DNA from: Candidatus Daviesbacteria bacterium
Lineage (GTDB): Bacteria > Patescibacteriota > Microgenomatia > Daviesbacterales > UBA10151
NCBI GenBank assembly: GCA_028712705.1
Contig: JAQTPP010000001.1
Location: 17,521 to 81,520 of the forward strand
Direction of reading: 5' to 3'
DNA: 64,000 nt
Shown here in pieces: positions 30,665-41,031 of the stretch. Every line of letters begins with the position of its first letter. Positions within the stretch are counted from its first letter, which is position 1. The notes beneath the pieces were generated by a model that saw only the letters and a list, made by a program, of their open reading frames with translations, was not told where the DNA came from and searched no databases. A program made the translations under genes and the position numbers.

Positions 30665-31033
30665 ATGGTTCAACACAGAACTAGGTTAACAGTTGCAGAT
30701 AATAGCGGGGCAAAAGCAGTTCAAGTGATTCAACCTTTGGGCGGTTCAGGCAAGAGAAAAGCTTCTTTGGGACAATTAGTAGTGGCAGTTGTTAAGGGGG
30801 CAGATCCGAATGGGCAAGTAAAAAACCACGAGATAGTTAAAGCTGTGATTGTTAGGACGAAAAAAGAAGTCAGACGCGATGACGGTTCATATATAAAATT
30901 TGATGATAATGCGGGAGTGATTGTAGATAACGATGGAAATTTAAGAGCTACCCGTATATTTGGTCCGGTTGCAAGAGAAGTCAGAGATGTCGGGTACACA
31001 AAAATTATTTCTCTGGCGCAGGAGGTTTGGTAA
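30665..31033 (+). CDS. rplN: 50S ribosomal protein L14
   Basis: '[17 protein letters not shown]' L14 N-terminus. Confidence 0.9.
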   Translation: MVQHRTRLTVADNSGAKAVQVIQPLGGSGKRKASLGQLVVAVVKGADPNGQVKNHEIVKAVIVRTKKEVRRDDGSYIKFDDNAGVIVDNDGNLRATRIFGPVAREVRDVGYTKIISLAQEVW

Positions 31034-31036
31034 ATT

Positions 31037-31357
31037 ATGAAAATACAAAAAGGCGATAAAGTCAGAATAATGTTGGGTAAAGACAGGGGTAAGGAAGGTA
31101 AAGTAGAGTTCGTTTTAGTTAAGAGGAAAAAAGTATTTGTTGGGGGAGTAAATCTTTACAAAAGACATGTTAAAAAACATGGCAACCTGGAGGGAGGAAT
31201 CATTGATCTTCCTAAACCAATGGATATTTCCAATGTAGCTTTAATTTGTCCCAACTGCAATAAGACGACTAAAATTGGAATAAAGAAACTGGAAAGCGGC
31301 AAAACTAGAATTTGTCGTAAATGTAAAAAGGAGATTAATACAAATGCAAAGGATTAA
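31037..31357 (+). CDS. rplX: 50S ribosomal protein L24 with C-terminal C4 zinc-ribbon (CPNC...CRKC)
   Basis: KOW motif 'KIQKGDKVRIMLGKDRGKEGKV'; 'CPNCNKTTKIGIKKLESGKTRICRKCKK'. Confidence 0.85.
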   Translation: MKIQKGDKVRIMLGKDRGKEGKVEFVLVKRKKVFVGGVNLYKRHVKKHGNLEGGIIDLPKPMDISNVALICPNCNKTTKIGIKKLESGKTRICRKCKKEINTNAKD

Positions 31358-31901
31358 AGAAAAATATATCAACGAATTGCGACAAAAATTACAGCAGGAA
31401 TTAGGCCTGAAAAATAAATTGGCGGTTCCCGCTGTAGAAAAAATTGTCATCAGCATTGGTTTGGGTGAGGCGAAAGATAATGCCGGAGTATTGGATAAAG
31501 TAAAAGTTTACTTTGCGGCATTGGCTGGTCAAAAACCTGTTGTGACTTTAGCTAAAAAATCTATCGCATCTTTTAAGGTCAGTAAAGGACAACCGATTGG
31601 GATGATGGCGACGCTGCGGGGCGATAAAATGTATGCTTTCTTGGATAAATTAATCAATATAGTCTTACCTAAGGTTAGGGATTTTAAGGGCATATCGCAA
31701 AACTCTTTTGATAGTCATGGAAATTTAAATATCGGTTTAAAAGAACAGACTATCTTTCCCGAAGTTGATTATAAGAGCGTAGATAAAATACGCGGTTTGG
31801 CGATAACCATTACTACAACTGCAAAAAAGAGGGGCGGTTTCACCGCTAAAGAGGAAGGAAAGAAATTGCTTGACGGGTTAGGTATGCCTTTCAAGAGTTA
31901 A
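31344..31901 (+). CDS. rplE: 50S ribosomal protein L5
   Basis: L5 homology; spc-operon position. Confidence 0.9.
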   Translation: MQRIKEKYINELRQKLQQELGLKNKLAVPAVEKIVISIGLGEAKDNAGVLDKVKVYFAALAGQKPVVTLAKKSIASFKVSKGQPIGMMATLRGDKMYAFLDKLINIVLPKVRDFKGISQNSFDSHGNLNIGLKEQTIFPEVDYKSVDKIRGLAITITTTAKKRGGFTAKEEGKKLLDGLGMPFKS

Positions 31902-31904
31902 TAT

Positions 31905-32084
31905 ATGGCTAAAGTATCAAATATCGTTAAAAAGAAATTTAAATACGATGTGCAGAAAAGGAATCGTTGTATGCGGTGCGGCAGGTCCCGGGCTTATCTT
32001 AGAAAATTTGGACTTTGCAGACTTTGTTTTAGAGAATTAGCACACCAGGGACTATTGCCAGGAGTTAAAAAAGCATCATGGTAG
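31905..32084 (+). CDS. rpsZ: 30S ribosomal protein S14 type Z (zinc-binding, 59 aa); absent from ORF track (<60 aa)
   Basis: hand translation '[59 protein letters not shown]'; CxxC...CxxC. Confidence 0.85.
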   Translation: MAKVSNIVKKKFKYDVQKRNRCMRCGRSRAYLRKFGLCRLCFRELAHQGLLPGVKKASW

Positions 32085-32134
32085 GAAAATTAGAATTATG
32101 AATTTAGAATTAAGAATCTTGAATAACAAAATAA

Positions 32135-32206
32135 AGATGCGTGATGGACGATTCGGAAACGTGAGTCCATCAAAAGGAGGAGGACGGTAGAATCGTCCAA
32201 AAAGAC
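32135..32206 (+). promoter_or_regulatory. Conserved leader with SD-sequestering hairpin, copy 2 (before rpsH)
   Basis: GACGATTC(32147-54)...AAAGGAGGAGGA...GAATCGTC(32190-97); alternative stem GATGGAC/GTCCATC. Confidence 0.45.
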
Positions 32207-32581
32207 ATGGATCCAGTTGCAGATGCGTTAATAAGAATAAAGAACGGTTATCAGGTTGGCAAATCGAAAGTTGCAATTAGATTCTCAAAGTTGATTTTAA
32301 AACTTGCTAAATTACTTGAGAAAGAGGGTTATTTGTTGGAGGTTGAACAAAAGGGTCAAGAAATAATAGTCACCCTGAAATATCGCTCAAGAGCTCCGGT
32401 TTTAACCAACATCCAAAGAGTTTCAAAGCCTGCTCTTAGGGTATACAAAGGGGTTAAAGACTTGCCGGTAGTATTAAACGGATTAGGTATTGCGATTATT
32501 TCGACACCTAAAGGGTTAATGACTGACAGGCAAGCGCGCAAACTTAAGGTAGGAGGGGAAGTGTTGGCGCTAGTTTGGTAA
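32207..32581 (+). CDS. rpsH: 30S ribosomal protein S8
   Basis: 'MDPVADALIRIKNG' S8 N-terminus. Confidence 0.9.
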   Translation: MDPVADALIRIKNGYQVGKSKVAIRFSKLILKLAKLLEKEGYLLEVEQKGQEIIVTLKYRSRAPVLTNIQRVSKPALRVYKGVKDLPVVLNGLGIAIISTPKGLMTDRQARKLKVGGEVLALVW

Positions 32582-32587
32582 AAAAAT

Positions 32588-33148
32588 ATGAGTAGAATCG
32601 GGAATGCACCTATTACAATACCTGTCGGAGTTGCTGTTGAAAAAAGCGGCAGGATAGTTAGCGTCAGCGGGCCAAAAGGAGTATTAAAAATGGAGCTGGA
32701 TCCAGCAGTTTCTTTAGATGTGGAAGGATTAACTGCGATTATCAAGAGAGAAAATGATCAAAAAAAAGTTAAAGCATTGCATGGGTTAACCAGGAGTCTA
32801 ATTGCTAATATGGTAATTGGAGTGAGTAATCTATGGAGTAAAAGTTTAGAATTAGTCGGTGTTGGGTTTCGGGCACAGATTGCCGGGGATAAATTAGTAG
32901 TTAATATTGGTTTTTCTCATCCAGTAGAAATTGTTGCTCCGGAGGGGATTACTTTTGAAGTAACAGATAATACAAAAATTAAAGTTAGCGGTGTGGATAA
33001 GCAGTTAGTTGGACAGGTAGCTGCTAATTTAAAGAAGATTAGGCCTCCTGATGTATATAAAGGTAAAGGGATTAGGTATGAAGGTGAATATATCAGAAAG
33101 AAAGTAGGTAAGAGTGCAAAGGTAGGAGTTGCAGTTGGAGGGAAATAA
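32588..33148 (+). CDS. rplF: 50S ribosomal protein L6
   Basis: 'MSRIGNAPITIPVGV' L6 N-terminus. Confidence 0.9.
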   Translation: MSRIGNAPITIPVGVAVEKSGRIVSVSGPKGVLKMELDPAVSLDVEGLTAIIKRENDQKKVKALHGLTRSLIANMVIGVSNLWSKSLELVGVGFRAQIAGDKLVVNIGFSHPVEIVAPEGITFEVTDNTKIKVSGVDKQLVGQVAANLKKIRPPDVYKGKGIRYEGEYIRKKVGKSAKVGVAVGGK

Positions 33149-33151
33149 ATC

Positions 33152-33487
33152 ATGAAAAAAGAAATTAGGGCAATGAAGCATTTTAAAATAAGACAGCGGA
33201 TTTATGGGACTCAAGAGCGCCCGCGGCTGTCTATATTCAGATCAAGTCAACATATTTTTGCCCAATTGATTGATGATAAGGTAGGTAAAACTTATACCCA
33301 AGCAAGCGATTTGAAAATGACCAAACAGCAGAAAAATAAAAAGGCTTATGAGGTAGGCAGACAACTGGCAGTTAAAGCATTAAAACTTAAAATTAAAAAA
33401 GTGGTATTTGATAGAGGTGGCTTTTTATATAGTGGTAGGGTAGAAAGTTTGGCAAAAGGCGCCAGAGAAGGAGGTTTAGAATTTTAA
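33152..33487 (+). CDS. rplR: 50S ribosomal protein L18
   Basis: L18 homology; position between rplF and rpsE. Confidence 0.85.
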   Translation: MKKEIRAMKHFKIRQRIYGTQERPRLSIFRSSQHIFAQLIDDKVGKTYTQASDLKMTKQQKNKKAYEVGRQLAVKALKLKIKKVVFDRGGFLYSGRVESLAKGAREGGLEF

Positions 33488-33939
33488 TGAATCCGGAAAA
33501 TATTCAACCAGAATTTTTTGAAAGAGTAGTTCAGGTGAACAGGGTATCTAAAAAAACTAAAGGAGGAGATAAAAGATCTTTATCTGTTTTGGTTGTTGTC
33601 GGCGATAAAAAAGGTAGAGTTGGAGTGGGCTTGGGTAAGGCTGCTGAAGTGCAAGCCGCAGTAAGAAAAGCAACATCTTATGCAAAAAAACATCTGATTA
33701 CAGTGCCTTTGAAAGGTAGAACTATACCACACACAATTTTAGTAAAAAATGGCGCGGCAAAAGTACTGCTTAAACCAGCTCCGGTAGGTACAGGCGTTAT
33801 AGCCGGAGGCGCGGTCAGGGTGGTAGTGGAAGCAGCAGGTATTCATGATATTGTATCTAAGATTTTGGGTACCAAAAATCAGGCTTCAAATGTTTATGCT
33901 ACATTGGAGGCATTGGGGAAATTAAAGAAGATAGTATGA
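33487..33939 (+). CDS. rpsE: 30S ribosomal protein S5 (overlaps rplO start; no rpmD/L30 between)
   Basis: S5 dsRBD '[16 protein letters not shown]' and C-terminal domain. Confidence 0.9.
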   Translation: MNPENIQPEFFERVVQVNRVSKKTKGGDKRSLSVLVVVGDKKGRVGVGLGKAAEVQAAVRKATSYAKKHLITVPLKGRTIPHTILVKNGAAKVLLKPAPVGTGVIAGGAVRVVVEAAGIHDIVSKILGTKNQASNVYATLEALGKLKKIV

Positions 33940-34370
33940 AATTACACGAACTTATAAAAATTGCAACTAGACCCAAGAAAAGACTTGGCCGTGGTTTGGG
34001 TTCTGGAAAAGGGAAAACCGGCGGACGGGGTACAAAGGGTCAAAAAGCAAGAGGTAAAATGCCTTTAAGCTTTACCGGCAGTCTTGCGCTATATAAAAAA
34101 CTCCCTCTTAAAAAGGGAAAAGGTAATCTGAAACCGGCAACTAAAAAAATATTACTCGACATCGCTAAATTAGATATTTTTAAAGATAAAACGATTGTTG
34201 ATCTGGAAAAGCTTATAGAGACGAGCATTATTTCAGAAAAGCAAGCGAAAAGAGGGGTAAAAATTTTAAACAAAGGTAAGCTAAGCAGGGTTTTAACTGT
34301 TAAGCTTCCCGTATCAGCTTCCGCCTGGAAAAAGATTGAGAAATTAGGCGGGAAGGTTGAATATGACTAA
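33936..34370 (+). CDS. rplO: 50S ribosomal protein L15
   Basis: '[25 protein letters not shown]' L15 signature. Confidence 0.85.
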   Translation: MKLHELIKIATRPKKRLGRGLGSGKGKTGGRGTKGQKARGKMPLSFTGSLALYKKLPLKKGKGNLKPATKKILLDIAKLDIFKDKTIVDLEKLIETSIISEKQAKRGVKILNKGKLSRVLTVKLPVSASAWKKIEKLGGKVEYD

Positions 34371-35655
34371 TATTCTATCTCCGATCATTAATGCTTTTAA
34401 AATTGCAGAACTACGAAAAAAAATTCTTATAACAATAGTTTTAGTCATAATTTTTAGAATTTCTGCTCATATTCCTGTTTCTGGTGTAGATCTTGCAGGT
34501 TTACAAGCTTTATTTGCTTCCAATCAATTTTTGGGACTTCTGGATATTTTCTCTGGCGGAACTTTGGCTAATTTTTCAATAATTTCATTAGGACTTAATC
34601 CCTATATTAATGCGTCTATTATATTTCAACTTTTAACAATGATTAGTCCAAAACTTGAAGCGTTGTCTAAAGAAGGTGAAATGGGCAGGCAAATAATTAA
34701 TCAATACACACGATATCTGACTGTACCGCTTGCTATATTACAAGCAATTGGCATGTTTGTTTTATTGAAAAATCAGGGGATAATTGCTCAAATTAATTCA
34801 ATGCAGGTGGCAGCAATTATTATCGGCATGACTGCCGGAACAATTTTTCTGATGTGGTTGGGAGAGCTGATTACGGAATATGGTATTGGCAACGGAATAT
34901 CACTTTTAATCTTCGCAGGGATTGTTTCAAGAGTTCCTATTACGTTAACACAGACAGCTTTTGTTGCAGATCAGACACAAGTAATGAATATTCTAATATT
35001 CGCTGTTCTGGGAATTTTGGTAGTTGCGGGTGTAGTTTTTGTGAATGAAGGAAGAAGACAAATTACAGTTCAATATGCCAGGAGATTTATTGGCGGGAAA
35101 GGTCCGGAAACAGGTGCTCAGACTTATTTACCGCTTCGCGTTAACCAAGCCGGAGTGATCCCAATTATTTTTGCAGTTTCATTGGTTCTGGTTCCATCAT
35201 TTGCGGGGTCGTATTTGGCCGGTCTTTCTCAACCCCAATTATCTTCAATCGGCAGATTTTTAGCAGCAAATTTTAATCCCGGAAGCCTGGTTTATAATCT
35301 GATTTATTTTATTCTGGTTGTTGGTTTTACTTTTTTCTATACCGCAGTAATTTTTAATCCCGTAAAAGTCGCTGATGAAATCAAAAAATACGGGGGCTTT
35401 ATTCCGGGGATACGGCCGGGTACTCAAACTGCCGCTTTCCTGAACTATATTATGGTTAGGATTACCCTTGCAGGAGCTTTTTTTCTGGGCGCGATTGCGA
35501 TTTTACCTTCTATTGCTTCTCAAATAACCGGCATTCAAACTTTACTCTTAGGCGGGACAGGACTCCTCATTGTCGTATCGGTTATTTTGGATACGGCTAA
35601 ACAATTTGAGTCTAAGTTAATTGAAAGAAGCTACGAGGTGTTTGCCAAGCGATGA
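34357..35655 (+). CDS. secY: Protein translocase subunit SecY
   Basis: 10-TM SecY homology; position after rplO. Confidence 0.9.
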   Translation: MNMTNILSPIINAFKIAELRKKILITIVLVIIFRISAHIPVSGVDLAGLQALFASNQFLGLLDIFSGGTLANFSIISLGLNPYINASIIFQLLTMISPKLEALSKEGEMGRQIINQYTRYLTVPLAILQAIGMFVLLKNQGIIAQINSMQVAAIIIGMTAGTIFLMWLGELITEYGIGNGISLLIFAGIVSRVPITLTQTAFVADQTQVMNILIFAVLGILVVAGVVFVNEGRRQITVQYARRFIGGKGPETGAQTYLPLRVNQAGVIPIIFAVSLVLVPSFAGSYLAGLSQPQLSSIGRFLAANFNPGSLVYNLIYFILVVGFTFFYTAVIFNPVKVADEIKKYGGFIPGIRPGTQTAAFLNYIMVRITLAGAFFLGAIAILPSIASQITGIQTLLLGGTGLLIVVSVILDTAKQFESKLIERSYEVFAKR

Positions 35656-36176
35656 AAATTTTATTAATTGGACCGCAAGGTTCCGGTAAATCAACTCAAG
35701 CTGATTTGCTGGCTAAAGATTTAAATCTTCCAAGAATATCTACAGGCGATATTTTTAGGGAACTTAGCTTACAAGATTCAGAAGAAGGAAGGAAGATAAA
35801 AGGAATCTTAAATTCAGGTAAATTGATAGATGATTTGGAAACAGCAAAAATTGTAGAACAAAGATTAAACAAGGATGATTGCAGAAAGGGATTTATTTTA
35901 GACGGGTATCCAAGAAACAGAGAGCAGCAGCAAATTTTTGATCCAAAAGTTGATAAAGTATTTGACTTGGAAGTCCCCGATGACGAAGTTATTAAAAGGC
36001 TTTTGGCAAGAGACAGAGAAGACGATACTATGGAGACAATCAAGAAACGTTTGAGTTTATATCATGAACAGACTGTACCTTTGTTGGATTACTACAAAAA
36101 TCAAGGGATTCTAATAGAAATTGACGGTATGGGAAACATTGAAGATATCTACCGTAGGATAAAGGATAGGTTATAA
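35652..36176 (+). CDS. adk: Adenylate kinase (short form)
   Basis: P-loop '[10 protein letters not shown]'; 'STGDIFR' NMP-binding. Confidence 0.85.
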   Translation: MKILLIGPQGSGKSTQADLLAKDLNLPRISTGDIFRELSLQDSEEGRKIKGILNSGKLIDDLETAKIVEQRLNKDDCRKGFILDGYPRNREQQQIFDPKVDKVFDLEVPDDEVIKRLLARDREDDTMETIKKRLSLYHEQTVPLLDYYKNQGILIEIDGMGNIEDIYRRIKDRL

Positions 36177-36177
36177 A

Positions 36178-36963
36178 ATGAGGGCAAGGAATTCCTATGA
36201 ACAGAAATTGATGAGACAATCTGGTCTGATTGCCTCGAAAGCACTGAAAGCTGCCTTGGAAAAAGTTAAACCAGGTGCGACAGGGCTTGAAGTTGATAAA
36301 ATTGTAGAAAAAGAGATTTATGCGCAGGGTGGGGATTTATCATATAAGACTGTACCCGGCTACAAATATGCCACTTGTATTACGGTAAATGAGGGAGTAG
36401 TCCATGGTATACCTACGGACAGAAAATTTGTTGATGGGGATCTAATCAGTATAGATTTGGCAGTAATGTATAAAGGTTGGCATACTGATTGCGCTTGGAG
36501 TGTTTTGGTAAGCGGACAGGAAACAAAGAACAAGGAACAGTTGGAAAAGATAAAATTCTTGAAAGTCGGAGAAGCGGCTCTTTGGGACGGAATAGTACAG
36601 GCAGTTGATGGCAATAGAGTGGGAGATATATCTGCTGCTATTCAAGCCAGAATTGAGGGAGCAGGATACAGCGTTGTAAGAAGCTTGGTAGGGCATGGTG
36701 TGGGCAGGTCTTTGCATGAAGATCCGAAAATACCGGGGTTCGGAGCAAAAGGCAAGGGAGTAAGCTTAGAAAGCGGTATGAGTCTAGCAATTGAAGTAAT
36801 TTTTACCTCCGGATCTCCGGAGTTGGTCTTAGGCAGTGACGGATGGACTTATTATACGGCAGATAGATCATGGGGCGGACTTTTTGAGATGACGGTGATT
36901 GTAGGAGAAAGAAAAGCGGAGACTTTGACGGATTGGCGGAAGTTTAATGGTCAGCAGTTTTAG
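36178..36963 (+). CDS. map: Methionine aminopeptidase type I
   Basis: metal-binding 'DLISIDLAV', 'HGVGRSLHE'. Confidence 0.85.
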   Translation: MRARNSYEQKLMRQSGLIASKALKAALEKVKPGATGLEVDKIVEKEIYAQGGDLSYKTVPGYKYATCITVNEGVVHGIPTDRKFVDGDLISIDLAVMYKGWHTDCAWSVLVSGQETKNKEQLEKIKFLKVGEAALWDGIVQAVDGNRVGDISAAIQARIEGAGYSVVRSLVGHGVGRSLHEDPKIPGFGAKGKGVSLESGMSLAIEVIFTSGSPELVLGSDGWTYYTADRSWGGLFEMTVIVGERKAETLTDWRKFNGQQF

Positions 36964-37009
36964 GTTGTAAAATGAAGCTAAATCTGATAAAATACTTAAG
37001 TTTTAAATT

Positions 37010-37252
37010 ATGTCAAAAGATGTCGTTGAAGTAGAAGGCAAGGTTAAAGAAGTTTTGCCCAATACTTTATTTAGAGTTGAAATTGATAAAAGCGCTGATG
37101 TGTCCGAACTCTTAGGAAGAGTGATCTTGTGTCATATCTCAGGCAAGATGAGAATGCATTATATCAGACTTCTGGAAGGGGACAGGGTAAAAATTGAGAT
37201 GAGTCCGAAATATGATTTGGATAAGGGGAGGATAACATTTAGATTGAAATGA
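37010..37252 (+). CDS. infA: Translation initiation factor IF-1
   Basis: S1-like OB '[17 protein letters not shown]'; TGA stop overlapping rpmJ ATG. Confidence 0.9.
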   Translation: MSKDVVEVEGKVKEVLPNTLFRVEIDKSADVSELLGRVILCHISGKMRMHYIRLLEGDRVKIEMSPKYDLDKGRITFRLK

Positions 37253-37365
37253 AAGTATTAGCTAGTATTAAAACCAGGTGTAAATTTTGTAAAATAGTCA
37301 AGCGCGAGGGCATGTTATATGTTATCTGTCCCCGTGACCCAAGACATAAACAAAGACAAGGATAA
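37249..37365 (+). CDS. rpmJ: 50S ribosomal protein L36 (38 aa); absent from ORF track
   Basis: hand translation '[38 protein letters not shown]' matches L36 zinc-ribbon consensus. Confidence 0.85.
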   Translation: MKVLASIKTRCKFCKIVKREGMLYVICPRDPRHKQRQG

Positions 37366-37367
37366 AT

Positions 37368-37793
37368 ATGGCTAGAATTGCAGGAGTAGATTTACCGGAT
37401 AATAAAAGAATTAATATCGGACTTACCTATATTTTTGGTATAGGGCGGTCTAATGTAGTTAAAGTGATTAAAGATGCAGAGATAGAGGAGAATAAAAGGA
37501 TTAAAGATTTAACTGAAGAGGAGATCAATAAATTACAAAAAAGCGTTGAGCAATTTAAAATGGAAGGAGATCTTAGACAGGAGATTGAACAGAATATTAA
37601 AAGACTGGAAGAGATAGGAAGTTATAGGGGTTTAAGACACAGGAAAGGTTTGCCGGCAAGAGGGCAAAGAACAAGGAGTAATGCCAGAACTAAACGAGGT
37701 AAGAGAAAGACTGTAGGAACTGTCAGAAAAGAAGCAGTTGCCGCGACAGGCGGACCAGTCGCCGGTAAGGTCGAAGGAGAAAAAGGTGGCTAA
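37368..37793 (+). CDS. rpsM: 30S ribosomal protein S13
   Basis: '[26 protein letters not shown]' S13 N-terminus. Confidence 0.9.
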   Translation: MARIAGVDLPDNKRINIGLTYIFGIGRSNVVKVIKDAEIEENKRIKDLTEEEINKLQKSVEQFKMEGDLRQEIEQNIKRLEEIGSYRGLRHRKGLPARGQRTRSNARTKRGKRKTVGTVRKEAVAATGGPVAGKVEGEKGG

Positions 37794-38181
37794 AAAGAGA
37801 ATACAAATTAAGAAACAAAAAGTAACGGAGAAAAAAGTTAGTAGCGGTAGAGTATATGTTACAGCGACTTTTAATAATACCATGATTACTTTAACTGATA
37901 CTTCCGGCAATACGTTAGCTTGGGGAACTTCGGGTAGTGCCGGTTTTAAAGGCGCAAGAAGGGCAACTCCATATGCGGCAATTTCAGCTATGGAAAAGGT
38001 TGCCCAAAAAGCAAAGGAGTTTGGGATGAGTTCGGTTGAGGTATACATAAAAGGCCCGGGGTCTGGTAGGGATGCCACAATTAAGGCGCTGCGAGGTGCC
38101 GGGATTAATATCACTATGATTGCTGATGTGACACCTATTCCGCATAATGGTCCAAGACCCAAAAAAAGGAGAAGAGTGTAA
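37786..38181 (+). CDS. rpsK: 30S ribosomal protein S11 (GTG start at 37786 after GGAG; ATG 37738 alternative overlaps rpsM by 56 nt)
   Basis: S11 core '[17 protein letters not shown]...'. Confidence 0.85.
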   Translation: MAKKRIQIKKQKVTEKKVSSGRVYVTATFNNTMITLTDTSGNTLAWGTSGSAGFKGARRATPYAAISAMEKVAQKAKEFGMSSVEVYIKGPGSGRDATIKALRGAGINITMIADVTPIPHNGPRPKKRRRV

Positions 38182-38783
38182 TGGCAAGATATACCGGACC
38201 GAAAAGGAGATTATCAAGACGGGAAGGTATTGCTTTGTTTGCAAAAGACGCTAAGCACCTTGAGAAAAAAGGCGCCATACCGCCGGGGCAACATGGAGTA
38301 GGTCGGAGAAGGCGGATATCGGAATACGGATTGCAGCTTAGAGAGAAACAAAAAGCTAAACGCATTTATGGAATTTTAGAGAAACAATTTAAGAAATATT
38401 TCAAAGAAGCCAGTAAAGTTAAGGGTGCAACAGGTTTGGTTTTACTCCAAACTTTAGAAACCAGATTAGATAATGTGGTATACAGATTAGGTTTTACCAA
38501 AAGCAGGGCCGGAGCCAGACAATTGGTTAGCCATGGCCATATTACGGTAGATGGTAAAAAAGTGACAATTCCCTCCTTCCGGGTTCACAAAGAGCAGACT
38601 ATTGCAATATCTGACAATTTGAGAGATAATACACAGATTAAAACTAGTTTAGAAGAGACGTCGACCTTGCCGGAATGGCTTGAACGAAAAGCCACTATTG
38701 GCAAGGTTTTAAGAATCCCTGATCGAGATGAAATGGAACAGGTGATTAATGAACAATTTATCGTCGAATACTATTCTAGATAA
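38181..38783 (+). CDS. rpsD: 30S ribosomal protein S4
   Basis: '[16 protein letters not shown]' S4 N-terminus. Confidence 0.9.
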   Translation: MARYTGPKRRLSRREGIALFAKDAKHLEKKGAIPPGQHGVGRRRRISEYGLQLREKQKAKRIYGILEKQFKKYFKEASKVKGATGLVLLQTLETRLDNVVYRLGFTKSRAGARQLVSHGHITVDGKKVTIPSFRVHKEQTIAISDNLRDNTQIKTSLEETSTLPEWLERKATIGKVLRIPDRDEMEQVINEQFIVEYYSR

Positions 38784-38789
38784 CGTAAA

Positions 38790-39695
38790 ATGTTTAAAGT
38801 TAAAACAGAAAAAGAGTTAGAAAATTTTGCGAGTATAGCAATCGAACCGCTCGAAGCGGGTTTCGGTCATACATTAGGAAATAGTTTAAGACGGGTTTTG
38901 TTAACAGTTTTACCCGGCGCATCTGTAACTTCGGTTAAGATTGATGGTGTAGCCCACAGGTTTTCAACAATAGATGGAGTGCTGGAAGATGTAATTGAGA
39001 TTATTTTAAATATCAAAAAAATTCGTTTAAACATACATTCCGACAAGCCGATCAGGTTAATTCTCAAAGCATCAGGCAAAAAAGAAGTTAAGGCTAAAGA
39101 TTTGGAAATAGAAGGCGATGCAGAAATTACAAACCCGGATCAATATATCGCAACTTTAACTGATGCCAAATCCAAACTGAATATTGAGATGACAGCGCAG
39201 CAAGGCAAGGGTTACTTAACTTCGGAAGAAGGAAAAACAGACGAGCTCGGTGTTATTTCCGTTGACGCATTATTTAGTCCTGTCGTAACAGTTAATTACA
39301 GCGTTGAACCAACCAGGGTAGGTCGCAGGACAGATTTTGATAAGTTAATCATAGATGTTACTACAGATGGAACCATTACTCCTCTTGATGCTCTTAACTC
39401 CGCTGCCAGAATTTTGGCTGATACATTTCATGCAATTTTTGAACCTAGTGTTGAGGAAGAGATAGAAGAGATTGGTCCCAAAATTTCGGAAGAAACTTTG
39501 AAATTGACTATTGAAGAGCTTGATTTACCGGTAAGGATTACTAATGCGCTGAAAGCGATAGAGATTAATACGATTGAAGATTTGATAAGTATCCCGCGTC
39601 CCCAACTGCTAAAGGCAAAGAATTTGGGAACCAAATCTATTCATTTAATATCAGAGAAGCTAGTTGAGAGGGGGTTGTCTTTGTGTGAGGCATAG
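38790..39695 (+). CDS. rpoA: DNA-directed RNA polymerase subunit alpha
   Basis: alpha NTD homology; C-terminal CTD 'LDLPVRITNALKAIEINTIEDL'. Confidence 0.9.
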   Translation: MFKVKTEKELENFASIAIEPLEAGFGHTLGNSLRRVLLTVLPGASVTSVKIDGVAHRFSTIDGVLEDVIEIILNIKKIRLNIHSDKPIRLILKASGKKEVKAKDLEIEGDAEITNPDQYIATLTDAKSKLNIEMTAQQGKGYLTSEEGKTDELGVISVDALFSPVVTVNYSVEPTRVGRRTDFDKLIIDVTTDGTITPLDALNSAARILADTFHAIFEPSVEEEIEEIGPKISEETLKLTIEELDLPVRITNALKAIEINTIEDLISIPRPQLLKAKNLGTKSIHLISEKLVERGLSLCEA

Positions 39696-40191
39696 AGTTT
39701 ATGGTAAACACCTTGGAAGAAACAAAGACGAGCGCAAGAACCTTTTCAAAGGACTAGTGCGGTTACTTTTAATCCACGGGACTATTCAAACTTCTGAGAC
39801 TAAAGCTAAAGCAATAAAGGGTTTGGTTGACAGAATAATTAATTTGGCCAAAGATAAGGGAGAAACCCGGCTTAAATCTTTTTTAGTTGATAAAAACCTA
39901 AGGGAGCGGTTAATTAAAGATATTATCCCGCGTTTAAGTGTTGCCAGAACATCTGGTTATACTTCGATAGTGAGAATGGGAACAAGACTGGGTGATCAAA
40001 CTACAATGGTTAAGATGAGTTTGATTGGGGCAGAGGAATTGAAGCCTTTGGAGAAAGAATCAAGCAGTAAGAATCAGGAATTAAGCAAAAAGCCTGAAAA
40101 ACCGAAGAAAAAAACTATAACTACTCCAAGAAAATCTATTAAAGTAAAGACTGTGAAAACTAAAAAAGGAGCAAAAAAGCTTAATCCATAA
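39685..40191 (+). CDS. rplQ: 50S ribosomal protein L17 (GTG start 39685) with ~50-aa K-rich C-terminal tail
   Basis: 'RHRVYGKHLGRNKDERKNLF' L17 N-terminus. Confidence 0.8.
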   Translation: MRHRVYGKHLGRNKDERKNLFKGLVRLLLIHGTIQTSETKAKAIKGLVDRIINLAKDKGETRLKSFLVDKNLRERLIKDIIPRLSVARTSGYTSIVRMGTRLGDQTTMVKMSLIGAEELKPLEKESSSKNQELSKKPEKPKKKTITTPRKSIKVKTVKTKKGAKKLNP

Positions 40192-40212
40192 TTTTAATAG
40201 CTTAATTCTAAT

Positions 40213-40605
40213 ATGGGTACTAATAAATTATCAGCAAAAGATATTAAGAGAGAGTCGCATGCTATTGATGCATCCGGAAAAATTTTGGGCAGACTTGCGA
40301 CAGAAGTGGCAACTATTCTGATGGGCAAAAATAAAAATAAATTTGTACCATACTTGGATTTAGGAGATTTTGTTGTAGTGACTAATGCAAGCAAAGTTAA
40401 GGTTACAGGGAAAAAGATGAAGGATAAGAAATATGTACGACATTCAGGATACCCGGGCGGACTAAAAGTTGAAACTTTTGATAAGTTGATAAACCGTAAG
40501 CCGGAATATATTATTGAACATGCAGTAAAAGGTATGCTTCCGCATAATAGGTTAGGCAGACAAATGATCAAAAAACTGAAAGTTTTTGCAGGAGAAGTAA
40601 AATAA
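40213..40605 (+). CDS. rplM: 50S ribosomal protein L13
   Basis: '[26 protein letters not shown]' L13 signature. Confidence 0.9.
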   Translation: MGTNKLSAKDIKRESHAIDASGKILGRLATEVATILMGKNKNKFVPYLDLGDFVVVTNASKVKVTGKKMKDKKYVRHSGYPGGLKVETFDKLINRKPEYIIEHAVKGMLPHNRLGRQMIKKLKVFAGEVK

Positions 40606-40607
40606 TT

Positions 40608-40997
40608 ATGGAAAATACCTCTACAGTTGGACGGCGCAAAGAAGCAAATGCCAGAGTAAGATTAAGTTCCGGAAATGGTCAAATTGTAGTTAACGGGAAA
40701 CCTATTGCACAGTATTTCGCAGGTTCGATCTTACAAAAAATTTATATGAAACCATTGGAAATTACTCAAACTTCCAAAAAATTTACAATTTCGGTAAAAG
40801 TTGTTGGTGGAGGACAGGTTTCACAGCTTAAAGCAGTTATTCACGGTATCGCCAGAGCTATTGCGAAACAAACACCAGCCTTGCGGACAACTCTTAAAAA
40901 AGCAGGTTTCCTCACCCGTGATGCAAGAGTAAAAGAACGAAGAAAATATGGTCTGGCCCAAAAAGCCAGAGCAAAGAAACAGTCACCAAAAAGGTAA
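40608..40997 (+). CDS. rpsI: 30S ribosomal protein S9
   Basis: S9 homology; C-terminal 'KARAKKQSPKR'. Confidence 0.9.
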   Translation: MENTSTVGRRKEANARVRLSSGNGQIVVNGKPIAQYFAGSILQKIYMKPLEITQTSKKFTISVKVVGGGQVSQLKAVIHGIARAIAKQTPALRTTLKKAGFLTRDARVKERRKYGLAQKARAKKQSPKR

Positions 40998-41031
40998 AAT
41001 AATTCAGAATAGTTAATATTTTTTAAAAAAT

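Noticed and set aside
37738-37785. ATG 37738 as rpsK start
   Set aside because: Overlaps rpsM by 56 nt; GTG at 37786 preceded by GGAG and immediately after the rpsM stop is more typical (left as alternative).
27444-38162. Antisense ORFs within r-protein genes (e.g. 27444..27911, 30355..30654, 32356..32745, 37632..38162)
   Set aside because: Opposite strand of strongly conserved ribosomal protein genes; shadow ORFs.
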